Shown here: one piece after another, positions 1 through 12,338 of the stretch | Layout of the letters: each line of letters starts with the position of its first letter | Position numbering within the stretch: the stretch's first letter is position 1 | Assembly: GCA_010093815.1 (NCBI GenBank) | Contig: ML996569.1 | Reading direction: 5' to 3' (one strand) | Origin: Pseudovirgaria hyperparasitica | Lineage: Eukaryota | Length of the DNA: 64,000 bases | Position numbers and translations under genes: made by a program | Notes under the pieces: generated by a model | Databases searched by the model: none | What the model saw: the letters and a program-made list of their open reading frames with translations, nothing else | Told to the model about the DNA's origin: nothing

Positions 1-1559
1 TGGGAGTATCCGGCTAACGATAATGTGAGCAGTGCAGTCCGCACAGACACACGATCTGCTGGTTTGATGGCAAAGACTACATCCCAAGTACCAAGATTTG
101 ATTGTGCATAGTACCAGTCCTTGCTGTTGGATTTTCCTACAGTGTATGTTAGGTTCGCAGGGCTGAGAGCTGCAAGGCCATGTTGGTACGGTGCACCACC
201 ATTCTTGAAGCCAATCGCTTTCTTGTCAAAATCACCAATCTGAAATATGGACGTATGAGTAGATGGAATCACCCAGTTGAGATCGCCCAAAGCTGTCTCT
301 TCCTTGGATGATATCACAATGTCCGAACGCGTGAAGTTGGTGTACACTCCTCCAAGGACATCACCATTGGACCAGGCGAGTAGACCATAGGTACCAGTGC
401 GAATATTGGGGATTGAGAAGTATCCCAGGTCGTCTGCGTATGTACTGTAATAGTAATTTGACCCCTGAGCGAGTGGCCGAACACTAGTGTCTGTATCGCC
501 GAGAAACACTGCCGCGCCAGATGCAGGGCGATCATCGGAGAGTCTCAGAGAGCCTGTTAGCGAGCCTCGAGACTGATACGACGTGTCATTGAGCCAATGA
601 TATGGCCACTTTGAGAGTTCTTCTTTCTGTTGTCGTGCTGCGTCTGTAATTGAGCCGTTGTTCAGATACCAGAGCCATGGACCCCAGATCTTGCCTTTGG
701 GCTGAGCTGTGGTCACACCGATCTGGAAATGAGATGTGTCCTGAACGACGTTCAGTTGTACTGTATCGCCAGTACTTGACTCCCGATGTACCTTTGTTTT
801 TCAAGTCAGTGAACGGCTATCAGGCTGTGTTCGCGTACTCACCGTGAGTGTTTGGCTGAGATGATTCCCACTAAAGTAGTCGGTAGAAGGATGAATGTAC
901 CACGACCCAGTCTCATGACCATACACTCCATTGAAATCACGTTCTCTCACATAGTTTGACCAGTCATACTTTGTAATGAACGAGCCATTCGCCAATTGCC
1001 AAGTTTCGTCTTGGACTTTTGTGGCATTGGCGTACATGGAGAAATCGGGCAGTGGTTCATCTTTGAGGTATGTCCTGCCGCTGGTGAACCGAATAGGATC
1101 TAAACGAAACAAGGTTCGGAAGATACTTATGTCAGGAAGAGCATGGTTGACAAAATATTGGTAGGAACCGGCGAGTCCATCGAAAATAACCCAGTGTAGC
1201 TCTCCTTCCGCTGCGAGGAAGCTGATGTCAATGTATTCGTCGGTTTGGGTGACTATTGATGCACTTTGCCACTGTAGGTTGTTCTCACCGTCTGGGACTA
1301 TGTTAGACTACTGCTTATACATAATCACGAACAGGAGTTTCAGACCATATCCTGCATAGTGTCCTACTGCAGCTCCAATAGCATCAGATCCATCGTAATG
1401 AAGTTTTGTTGCATATATCGGTCCTTGAGTGATATTCCACAGACCATTGCCAAAGATCCACGACCCATTGCCTACATGTTCCAGAAAAGGCGTAGCCACA
1501 ACGAGATCCTGTATCATTAAAGCCAGGATAAGTCCTAGGTTACACATGGTATTCGTCAT
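1..1559 (-). CDS. Rhamnogalacturonan endolyase, polysaccharide lyase family 4 (3' end runs off the window)
   Basis: Signal-peptide-like N-terminus (MTNTMCNLGLILALMIQDLVVA). Introns at 1292-1345 and 792-843 join YAGYDGENN and SQTLTVHRES. PL4-like motifs KVQDETW, FITKYDWS, QLNVVQDTSHF, IWGPWLWYLN and FQIGDFD; the frame stays open toward the window edge. Confidence 0.85.
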
Positions 1560-2219
1560 CGCGATTCGTGAGGATTGAGTCCTGCCTAAAGCTGTGATGA
1601 ACCAGTTTTCGTTGATACTTTTATACACAGCACTGAGCGACACGTATCATATGGTAGCATTGGCCAGGCGTGCTAGTCAATCGAATGGCGTTATCCTATC
1701 CCTGTGCAGTCACTTTGATTGCATCATTAAGGTTAATCAATTCCATCCTAGTATCGGCACATCTGACACCGGAAGAGGGACTTTGGCTCCCAAATACAAA
1801 GAACAAGACAGTTCGTCATCTAGTTATTTCTTCGATCGGAATTTGTGCCGCGCAGACTAGTTGGGAGTAATAGGACTGCCAACATAAGAGCGAAAAGCGA
1901 CAATCGACTGGTCGTGAAACCAGGCTAGCCTAGTCTGGACTAGTTTTATCGGACAGCTAGGGGTAAGGTGTTCTTCATCATCATACAAACTCGCAGATCC
2001 ATCTAGATTATTTCGTTACTAGGAATCTTCTATGTTAATTACGGCCGCCTCGTTCCCGAAGAACAAGGTGCGCGTATTCAGCATTGGCATTGAAGTCCAT
2101 AGATGATGCACTTCCAACAGAGACCCGTTTTCTCCTGGCACATTGTACTCATTTTATTCTTCATGAATCAGCTATAGCGGCTCTTACTCCTGATCTTTCT
2201 CGTTGTCATCGAATTCCTG

Positions 2220-3406
2220 CTAATGGCCGGCAGTAGCGTCCAAGTGAATCAACATAGTCCTAGAAAGCTCGTCGATTTCCGTCTTCAAATCGTCTGGACA
2301 GAACATCTTACACAGAGTCGTCATATCATCATATACAGCCTGACGCTGGCTTGAGCCAGGAATGTATATCGTATTGCCGATGTTGAAGGTAAGCGAGTAG
2401 AGCAGATTCCGCGCATCCCAATCTTCTTCTGGTTCAGAAACTGGGAAGTGTCTCTTGTATGCCTCGATGTAGGCTTTCTTGCTCAACCGATGCCGTTGGG
2501 CTCGCCAATTGCCAGTGTCATATTCATTGTGACCGTAGAAAGAGCAAACATCAAAGACAAAGGCTTCTCCTGTGCGCTTGTCCATGGCGGTGTTACCATC
2601 CCAGCAATCGCCATGGATCAGACACGGCTTGAGAAACCTGCCTTCGGCCTGTAGTGGCAACAGCAGACGGGGCACAACCTTCTCGAGTGTCAATTTGCAG
2701 ACAGTATTGAACTCTGGCCACAGGAGTATTGGTTTAGCCAGCTCCATAACGTGTCCTAGATGCCGACTGTAAAGAGCACACCACGAGTCGTCCCATTGAT
2801 CAACCGCTTGTGCTATGCGAGCATGACAAGTCGAGAAATGGAAGCCAAATTTGCCTGTCGGAGAGATAGAGCGCTGGTGCATGTCTGCTAGGCTAGCGGC
2901 GAGCTTATCGGGCTCGGCTGGTTGTTCTCCAATGTCACGAAACTCGGCAAGGATAAAGTATGTCTCTGGATCTTCGGTTCTATACCTTCCCCAGGCGTAC
3001 GGTTCGGGCACGAAGCCGGGCGAGAGCGCATATATGGCTTTCAAGGATTCGAATTCGCCTTCGCACATATGTCGGCCAGTCTGTCCCACAGTGACGGCTT
3101 TCAAGAAGTACTGCTCTGTAGATCCATCGGGAAGCTCAACAACGATTTTTGAAGTCTTTCCCCAATGCGAAACGCCATAATTGTACGCATGCAGAACTTT
3201 CGTGTTTGGGACAGGGAACACTGGCAATCGCAGTCAACCATATTGTGTTGGATGATCCTGCCGGTATACATACCAGCAATAACACTGTCGTCCACTTTGC
3301 AGCTACCGTTTGCTACTGGAGTCAGAACCGGCTCAACGGACGTTGTCTTGGGCTTCGTTTGTGGCTCGCCAATGGCAATGTTTGGTATTGTCACTTGAGT
3401 CAGCAT
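2220..3406 (-). CDS. Fructosamine/ribulosamine 3-kinase family protein
   Basis: Two exons (intron 3221-3273, gtatgt...gccag). Motifs GEFESL, SPTGKFGF, PCLIHGDCWDGN and FYGHNEYD are typical of FN3K-family kinases. Confidence 0.88.
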
Positions 3407-4388
3407 ATTTGCATGAATCTGTGGATACTATCTGATTATGTTCTATGGCGGATCACCTCTACTACCCATCTTTTAATATGAGTTTAGGGATTGAGATGGG
3501 ACTGCTGACGATTGGTGGTAAGTAGATCCTAGAGGGGTGGGCCACCCCTCCCGCCCGAGAGTGTACAAGGCATAACTTTCGTCTTCATACATCACGCACC
3601 CTAGATGAGGCTACGTTCTTGGGAAGGCTTTTTGATGAAGATCTAATAGGCCAACCAAGGCGGTATCTGCCCATCGGTTCGAGAGATATTGCATTCGGGC
3701 CGACCGCTAATTATGGATACATCAGTGTCGTTTTTCTCGGTACAGCAGTCGAACGGCTGCAGCAGCTAAAAACCCGCCGTATCAAAGAACACCACACGAG
3801 ACTCATTGTCGTCCCAGTCTACAAGGAATTGTGGATGACTTCTGCATTAATTCGACGCTTTTCTGCACAGGCATACTAGCGTCTATACGCTGATTCGAGG
3901 CTCGGGAGCAGTTGCTGCAAGCTGTGCCGCACTAACCGGCTCGCGCCCACGAAGCGCTTTCATTCTACCAATTGCCGCTCTGTCACAGTTCTATGAGACA
4001 ATATGCATGAAGGATTCATCTCGCCGAGTTGTTTGTAAGGCCGAGAATGGCTCATATCACCAGTTGCCCCTCACTTGATGCAGAGTGGGCAATCCGCAGA
4101 GCCTCATAGATTTATGTCGCCACACGTGATCAGATTCAGCGTCCATTGAAAGCCATTATGCGCCTTCGCTGGCTCCCAAATTATAGCACGGTTGCTGTCT
4201 TCGTAATGAGTCTACTATCTTCTCAATTGCATAGTCCCACCTTGTCTACACCTTTCATTTCGGTTCTTAGCTCCGTACTTCTTTGAGTCACCCTCCGAGG
4301 CTTCCACGTGGTGTGAACCGTGTGTTTTGTTATTTCTATCAATGAAACATGCGGGCTAGCTCAGTCGGTACCTCAGCACAAGAACTCC

Positions 4389-7300
4389 ATGGTCAGCCGC
4401 TTCATTCATTTGATGAAATAGCTGACTGTCTCTTTAGCTCCGGAGGCTAATTTCACGACCCCGAGGCGGAGTCACTGGAGCTCTTGATGAGGACGGTAAA
4501 CACACCAGTTCCCCGATCATACTTCGGGAGCGAATTCTGATTCCATGATAGCACAGAATACTCGCGGTCTGGGGGAAGATCAAACACGACCGATACGTGC
4601 AGACAGTGTTACAACAGCAAACTCCGTGTTTTCTGGAAGGTTGTCTGCACCAACGACATCGAAATCAGGAGACAACCTTGGACTGGATCTAGTGGTCGAC
4701 AATCCAAATCCTGCGGGCGACCTAGTATTCGTTCATGGCCTTGGAGGCACCGCAAAAAGGACCTGGTCTTACAATCGTGACGTCGCTAACTTCTGGCCGT
4801 CATGGCTGGCCTTAGAAGACTATCTTAATGACTATCGTGTTTTCACATTTGGCTACAATGCAGACTTTCGGGGTGGTAGCATCAACTTGAATATCATAGA
4901 CTTTGCCAAAGATCTTCTTCTACAGTTGCTTACCTTCTCGAGCCATCTTACCGGACGTACAAATGACAGCGGTAAACGAAATTTGATCTTCGTTGCACAT
5001 TCCATGGGTGGTCTTGTCGTAAAGAAAGCAATCATTCTGGGCAAGCATGATCCGCTATATGCAAAGCTGATTGCAAGAGTTCACGGCATCGTCTTCCTTG
5101 GTACACCCCACCGAGGATCTTCGTTTGCGAACGTGCTTAATAACATTTTGGCTTCTTCAATCATGGGGCCACCACCAAAAGCGTATATTGCAGATCTAGA
5201 TGTTCAATCGACCACACTGCAAGATATAAACGAGCAATTCCGCACGAGCTGTGGTGCAATAGTCCTGGCTTCATTCTACGAGACCTTGAAAACAAACTTC
5301 AAGGTCACGAAACAAATGGTACAGCCTGTCCCGTCACGTGATTGTCTATGTTTCGCTGACAGTGAACAGATTGTGGAGAAAGAATCTAGCATTTTGGGAT
5401 ATCCTCAAGAGGTCTCAGCCGCTCTACACGCTGATCATCATGGAGTCTGCAAATTTGCAAATCGAAATGATAGCAATTACATAAAAGTCAAGAATGTGCT
5501 TCGGATGTGGGCGCAAACAATCTTGCCTCCCAGTAAGTCTTACGTTGTGTGCTTTTCTCACCTGTAATCACTAATGATCGAAAAGCCCGAGAACTAGCGC
5601 AGTCTCTAAGTCATATCGAAGATGCAAAGGACTCCCAGGAAACACTTGAGACCGTTCTTGGTATTCATCAACCACCTGAAGAGGGCTTTGAAAGTGCACG
5701 CAGTAAAACAACGAAAGGCAGTTGCGACTGGATCTTCAATAATAGCCACTTCTTAGAGTGGAGCACAGATATGACCGGGAACAACATCACTAGAGCATTC
5801 TGGCTGACAGGGCCACCAGCAACAGGCAAAACAATTCTAGCCGCCGCAGTGATTGACCACTTCCGGATCCAAAGCTATCCTTGCTTCTTTCATTTCTTTA
5901 CGGCTGGTCATCAGTCCAAACGAAGCTCTTCTTATTGTCTCCGGTCCATCGCTCTCCAAGTCGCTCAGGAGAATGAAGCATTTCGGAATAGGCTTATTAG
6001 CCTTCACGAACGTACAGGAATTCTATTCAATTCGCAAACCAATGACTTTACGGCGGTTTGGGAGAAGCTCTTTACGGGCATACTATTCAAGATAGAGTTT
6101 GCAACACCTTTGGTCTTTGTCCTTGATGCCATTAATGAAGCAGATTCTTCAGCTTTACTAATAAGATCCTTGCTGGACTGTAGGCCCGCAAGCCCGATAC
6201 TTTTGTTTCTCACAAGTAGACCTATGAAGATTCCTTCCGCTACGGCAGCTTATGGAGTACCTATCATTCATTATCCCTTATCAGACAACGACACGGAGCT
6301 AGATATCCGAAAATACGTTCACTGGAAAATACAAGATTTCCTTCCTGATGATGACGAGATAAGAAGAAATGTGTCAGATATTGTTGTTGCCAGCGCATCA
6401 GGTTCATTTCTCTATGTGAAGCTCGTTCTGGACATGCTTCAAGATAACTGGCATACACAGGAAGATATCCGAAAGATCTTCACTGCAGTACCAAAGGGAA
6501 TGGAAGAGCTTTATCTTGAAATGTTGAAATCTGTCAATTCCCAAAGTCCACACCTGAAGGCTATGGCCACCCGTATCATCACATGGGTCGTCTGTTCTTC
6601 CAGACCATTGGGAATCGATGAGCTACAGACAGCCTTAGAACCAGATTTCTCAGGCTTCACTAAGCTGGAAGACTCCATAGTTCAACTATGTGGAAATCTG
6701 GTATCTGTCGATCACGGAAGGATCTCTATTGTTCACGCAACCGCACGGCAGTTCCTACTCAAGCCTCAGGGAGGAAATCCAGCGTTTGTGTCCGCGAAGG
6801 ATGGTCATGAATTAATTGCAATAAGAGCGTTGAAGTATCTTTGTGATGAAAAATGGCACCGCATTTACCAAAAGGTAGATGGGTATGGTGCTTACCATAA
6901 GCACGAGAGGAAGGAGAATCGACTTCTAATTGCTGAGAAGGGAAACCCTTTCTTGGGCTACGCCACGTGTCACTGGGCGTACCACGTCTCTAAAGCTCCG
7001 GCTAGCTCTGTTCTACTGATTAAAGTCATTCGAACCTTCTTGGATGCATATAGTCTCTCTTGGATCGAAGGGATTGCGTTGTCTCAAAATTTACGATACC
7101 TGACCCGTGCGGCTCAGCAGCTCAAAAGATTCGCAAAGCAGGTGTCGAAGCGATCTGAAAGATTACGATCAGAATCTCCATTGAATCTCTTTTCTAAGGC
7201 CGAGGATGACGCTGGCTATATAAAAGCCTGGGCAACAGATCTAATCCGCGTGGCTGCAAAGTTTGGCTTAAACATGGTTCAGTCTCCTTCAAGTATACAT

Positions 7301-9367
7301 CGACTGGTCCCTCCATTCTGCCCAACAGGCTCAATGATCCGGACTACCTTTGATCGGCATACTTCTGGTTCAGTCTCAGTAGCGGGTCTGGTTTTGCAAG
7401 AATGGGACGATAATCTAGCGAGCGTCTCTGTATCAGAGGAAGACACTGCATCGAGAATTTTGGCAACCGACACCCACTTTATCACGCTCATAAGCACGAC
7501 AGGTACAGCATTGATCTGGAGAGCCGAAACCTGTGAACTGGAAAGACGCATCGACCATGGCGAGTACGTGCGACTCATGGCCATTAACAAGTCAGGGACT
7601 CTTCTCGTTACGGCCGGGCTATATTGTTATCGCATATGGGACATAACTACTGGCGAAGAAGTCTTCTCTATACCAAAATCAACTTATGCATTACATGTTA
7701 CGATCTGTTTCGGGCATTCCGATACTCAGGTCATGGTGGGCTACGATGACTGTTCTGTCCGAACATACGATGCAGAGAAACAAGTTGAAACATCATGTTT
7801 CATCCCAGAGAAAGGGCTAGCAGAAGATGCAGCGCCTCAGATCATGCAGATAAGTCCCGATCTAACCAAAGTCGCTATGGCCTGCAGAGGTCAGCCGCCA
7901 GTCATCTGGGACATGACAGTCGGAGGTACGCGCCCGTTGAGCTGCCGCATCACGAACACAAACGATTCTTTCTGTCATCCCGAGAAGATGATTTGGCAAG
8001 CAGATGGAGGCTCCCTTCTCGTAATGTCGTATCACACGAAGATTACCCAATGGCACATATATGAACAATATAAAGTCGAGTACGATCATATTAATGCTAG
8101 AGAGATGGCCTTGAGTAAAGAAGGCGACTTTCTACTCACGAGTGATTATGCTGGTACCATAAGCGTCTGGCTATATCCAAGGCTGAATTTACTGTACCAG
8201 CTTCAGAATGAACATGAAATCATCCGGGACATAGCGTTCAGCCCCGATGCGCAACGAATTTATGATCTTCGTAGCTCTGTTTGCAACGTCTGGGAGCCAG
8301 AGGTTCTTGTTCGTGCAGAACAGCATGATATGGAGGACCGCTCTAGTGTCGGAGAAAGCTCTACTTCAACAGAACCTGTCTTGAACCAGCGATATCATCA
8401 ACAGAACATGGTGACTGCCATAGCTTGCTCCTCCTCTGATGACTACTTGTGCTGTGGTCAAGAAGATGGCTCGGTCATCATCATGGACACACATAGTGGG
8501 GCCAAGGTCCGGAAGGTCTACAGACATAACTCATCTAGCTCCATCGAGTTGGTAGCATGGTCGAGCTCTGGTAGATATATGGTTTCCGCAGACGACTCTG
8601 GTCGAGTTATCAGCAAGAGGCTCGAAACGAAAGAGGCTGGTAAATGGGGAGTCTTTGGAGGCGTGGACTTCCGCTCACCTGAGCCAGTGCAGCAATTTCT
8701 CATCAACGAGGATCGAAAGCTTCTCCTGGTATCGAGTCGGAGTAGGGTAGCCATTTGGGACCTTAAAACTAAGAATGAATTTTGCACGCGTCGCTGGGAC
8801 GATATACCTGGCCACAAATGGGTACTAGAGTCGAAGCCATCAGCCAGACTCCTTCGCATTGCAGCTGACGGTGTCACGGCTTATGATTGGGGGAGCCTTC
8901 ATGAGCTGCCTGCTGACACGGCAGTGGTACCTAGTATCAGTCAGATGGAAGCTGTAGGGCAAGATGCACACGTTACATGGGCAGAACTCGTACCCAGTCT
9001 CAACGCTGTGCTCTATTTCGTTTCTACGACTGTCAGCGGGATAACCAAGGAATCTCTCTTACTCGCAACACTGTCGAAAGGACCATCACGCAGTGGTCAT
9101 ACCATCCCTGATGACTCTGTGATCATGACTCACAAGCGGCGCATTGTTGGTGTTTTCAAGGAACACTTCACATATATAGATCAAGATTGCTGGTTGTGCA
9201 CCTGGCGCATCGGAAGCAAAACATCAGAGGTCATTAGGCACTTCTTCATGCCTAAAGAATGGTTGAGTTGGACTGCGTTGAACAATGTGACTCTCACGCA
9301 ACACGGCACATTTCTGTGCCCGAAGCTGAGCGAAGTTGCGATAGTCAGGAACGGGCTGAATCTCTGA
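4389..9367 (+). CDS. Fungal NLR-like STAND protein: alpha/beta-hydrolase (SesB/DUF676-like) - NACHT - degenerate WD40
   Basis: VFVHGLGG, AHSMGG (nucleophile elbow), FLGTPHRGS and ADHHGVCKF; P-loop GPPATGKT; GSFLYVKL; VHATARQFL; C-terminal WD40-like repeats. Predicted introns 4392-4437, ~4496-4550, ~5319-5369 and ~5533-5585. The start at ATG 4389 is inferred from splice signals. Confidence 0.88.
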
Positions 9368-9781
9368 GTTGTTCATCCGGAAACCGTCAGGGTTTTTGCT
9401 CAAGGGTTCGTCGCAAACCAGTCGCACCAAATTTAAAAAGTAAATAAGAAAGGGATCATGTGTGTCACGTGCATCCAACAGAGGCTATCAACATCGAACA
9501 AGGCAAAGTATCATGACCCTGTCGCCAAATCTCCTTTTTACCGCTGGAGCAACGAAACGAGATTGCGAGGCAGCGGCACAAGCAAACATTCCACGACACG
9601 AGCATTCGAGAGGTAACACAAAACAATTGCTCTCAATACATTGTCGATAGCCGTCGGGGCAGAAAATGGTAGATATTCGGAATAAAGAGATGGATGGAAG
9701 AATGCGATAGGTCTATGGGTGAGAATTTTGATTCAATGATATCAGAGAGCACGAAGCCACGCAATTTTTGCTACGTAGACG

Positions 9782-9859
9782 CCCCACGACTGGCGGGGGC
9801 TTCAGGGCACTTTACAGGGATGATGCCCCCCGGATAGGGACTGTACCCACCCCGGATAG
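9782..9859 (+). promoter_or_regulatory. Cluster of CreA-type SYGGRG sites upstream of the GH49 gene
   Basis: CCCCAC 9782-9787, GCGGGG 9793-9798, CCCCGG 9828-9833 and CCCCGG 9850-9855 all match SYGGRG on one strand or the other, 420-500 bp upstream of a polysaccharidase gene. Confidence 0.4.
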
Positions 9860-10277
9860 CGCCCTACCACTTAGAATTGGGCGCCCGAATAGCTACCAGG
9901 CCAGTGAGGCGCGGGTGGCTTATCGCGCGCGAGTAATTAGGGGGGAACCGTGGCGGGAATGCACCTTTGATATATGTACAACAAACAATACCCCCTGTCC
10001 TGCCCCTGGGCTGCCAAGTCACCACAAAGAAATGCGTTCACTAATACTGCTTGCAGTTTGTTTGACGCAAGGAATCGTGAAAAACGTTTTGTGACTGGCA
10101 GTCCCTGTATGCGTGCACTTGTTTCATATCCTTTTTCGTCACCATGCCCGATATCATCAGGCAAGTCAGCGCCTCGCATCAGCATAATATATCTGAGGCT
10201 GCTGGCCTTCAGTCACTTACTCTGGCTCATCCATCCCAGAAACCTAGACGTGCCAGACGTCGATCATTGTTGGCGCA

Positions 10278-12338
10278 ATGATCACTGCTCGGATCATAGC
10301 TGCGGCATGCCTTGTCTCCCTCACTGTCGCCGCTAACATTCACTCGCCCAGCTTTCGGTTCGCCCATCGAGATACATCAACAAACCGGACCTCTGATACG
10401 GACTCACTGAAGACATGGTGGCATGACAATGGCGAGGTCAACACCAAGACTGTGGTTCTTGACTCGAACGTCCGTCAATCTCATCTGTACTCGGTACAAG
10501 TGAGCACTGCTGACGCTGACGACTACTACGACTCCTTCGTATATGAGTCTATCCCTCGCAGCGGGAAAGGCCAGATCTGTTATCCGGGAAACTACGAAGA
10601 CATATGTCCAGAATATGACGGCATCTCAATCGAGGCCGAGGTTGGCATCACCATGGGCTGGACTCAATTTCTCTACGGGAGCGACGTCAAGGTCAAGGTT
10701 ACACGCAAAGACGGCTCACCCATCAACTCTACAGACGAGGTGACCATAAGACCGAGTAACCGAGCCTACGAGCTCACCACCGATGACGGATCTGTCTACG
10801 TTACTGTGCCGTATACCCCTGAAACGAATGGTGTTCGCTTTTCAATCGAGTTTGCCGACGATGTGTGGGAATACCGCAAAGGAGATACTGGCTACGACTA
10901 TGTTCAGAACCTGCTATCTTCTGCATTGGCATTCGTCTCGACCTTCACGTCATCAAATCCGATCGTTGGCAGAGAGCCTCGCAACTCCCTCCTCATTTTC
11001 GCTAGCCCCTTTCCTACCGATGACCTGATACCAGCAGACAGTGATGACGTCTACAACGCAACACCAGGATGGGTCAACGGTCTTGAGTCCATCGAACACA
11101 AGGTTGTATCCTTCGGTCCTGGCGTGTACTATTTCAACGGTGATGGATACGCTAATCTTTCCCACACCGTCGAATGGGTATACTTCGCCCCTGGATCATA
11201 CGTCAAAGGCGCCATCCAATACAACGCGCCAGACGTTGCGCTCAAAGCCACTGGCTTCGGTGTCCTCTCCGGCGAACAATACGTCTACCAAGCAAACCCA
11301 GCCTCCAACTGGTCCAACAACAAATCCGATGCAACCTCCATCAAAATGTGGCGTGGCAACGGTATCACCGCAGGCCAGTCATGGCTCCTCCACGGCATCA
11401 CAACCGCCAACCCACCCTTCAACGCAATGGACTTCTACGACGCAACCGAATCCTTCACCGTCGAAGTCGCAGACTACAAGCAAGTCGGCGGCTTCTACTC
11501 CCAGACCGACGGCCTGCAAATGTACCCCGGCAGCTACCTCCACGACATCTTCTACCATACCGGCGACGACACCCTCAAGGTCTACCACTCCAACGTCCGC
11601 GCCACTGGCATCGTCGCCTGGAAAACAAACAACGCCCCCTTGATCCAGCTCGGCTGGTACCCGCGCACAGTCTCAAATGTCACTCTCGCTCACATCGCCG
11701 TCATCCACTCCCGCTACTCCTCCTCCCTCGCCTACGCGCCACGCGCCCTCATAGGCTCCTCATCCGCTTACTCCGACCTCCACGCCACTGACACCGCAAA
11801 CACATCCTGTTCCCTCGCAAACATCACAATCTCCGACCTGCGCGCCGAGGGCATCAGCCCAGCCTTGCTCGGCCTCAACATGCTTGCAAACCTCGACTCC
11901 TTCCTTGTCGACGGCGTCTTTATCGAAGAATTGCCCCCGCCCGTCACGTATTTGGATGTTGCGAACGTTACCGGCTTCACGGACGCAGAGGGTGAGAAGG
12001 TTGCCCTGGGCGCGGACTCGGCGGATACGGGCGGTATGGGCTTGACGATAAGGGCGTTCAAGGTCGGGAATGAGAGCGTGAGCTTTGCGAAGGGGAATTG
12101 GGATTTGGATGGGCTGGGGAGGGTGAATGTGGATGAGAGTTATTGGGGGAAGTGGACGATTCTGGATGCTGATGAGGATGATGATGGGTCTGACGATGGC
12201 GATGGAGATACTGGCGATGGTGATGGCGATGCGGACGACGATGAGAGTCTGGCATGCAGAGGGCTCAAGAATCCACGCATGATGCTAGGTCCACCGGCTG
12301 CACTTGCGGTTGGCGTTGGGTACTTGGCTACGAACTAG
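10278..12338 (+). CDS. Glycoside hydrolase family 49 (dextranase/isopullulanase-like), secreted, with acidic linker and GPI-like C-terminus
   Basis: Intronless 686-aa ORF with a signal peptide. GH49 motifs TWWHDNGE, VRQSHLYSVQV, SFVYESIPRSG, GVLSGEQYVYQAN and catalytic-region QTDG...GDDTLK. Confidence 0.9.
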   Translation: MITARIIAAACLVSLTVAANIHSPSFRFAHRDTSTNRTSDTDSLKTWWHDNGEVNTKTVVLDSNVRQSHLYSVQVSTADADDYYDSFVYESIPRSGKGQICYPGNYEDICPEYDGISIEAEVGITMGWTQFLYGSDVKVKVTRKDGSPINSTDEVTIRPSNRAYELTTDDGSVYVTVPYTPETNGVRFSIEFADDVWEYRKGDTGYDYVQNLLSSALAFVSTFTSSNPIVGREPRNSLLIFASPFPTDDLIPADSDDVYNATPGWVNGLESIEHKVVSFGPGVYYFNGDGYANLSHTVEWVYFAPGSYVKGAIQYNAPDVALKATGFGVLSGEQYVYQANPASNWSNNKSDATSIKMWRGNGITAGQSWLLHGITTANPPFNAMDFYDATESFTVEVADYKQVGGFYSQTDGLQMYPGSYLHDIFYHTGDDTLKVYHSNVRATGIVAWKTNNAPLIQLGWYPRTVSNVTLAHIAVIHSRYSSSLAYAPRALIGSSSAYSDLHATDTANTSCSLANITISDLRAEGISPALLGLNMLANLDSFLVDGVFIEELPPPVTYLDVANVTGFTDAEGEKVALGADSADTGGMGLTIRAFKVGNESVSFAKGNWDLDGLGRVNVDESYWGKWTILDADEDDDGSDDGDGDTGDGDGDADDDESLACRGLKNPRMMLGPPAALAVGVGYLATN

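Noticed and set aside
7400..9367. Possible highly conserved HNWD-type WD40 repeat array in the NLR
   Set aside because: The repeats are degenerate, with no near-identical ~126-bp units, so this is not a het-e/het-d-like hypervariable array.
11041..11791. Long alternative-frame ORFs (200 and 205 aa) inside GH49, and similar ones in IDO, kynureninase and the C2H2 TF
   Set aside because: Low-complexity S/T/P/R translations expected from strong third-position C bias; shadow ORFs.
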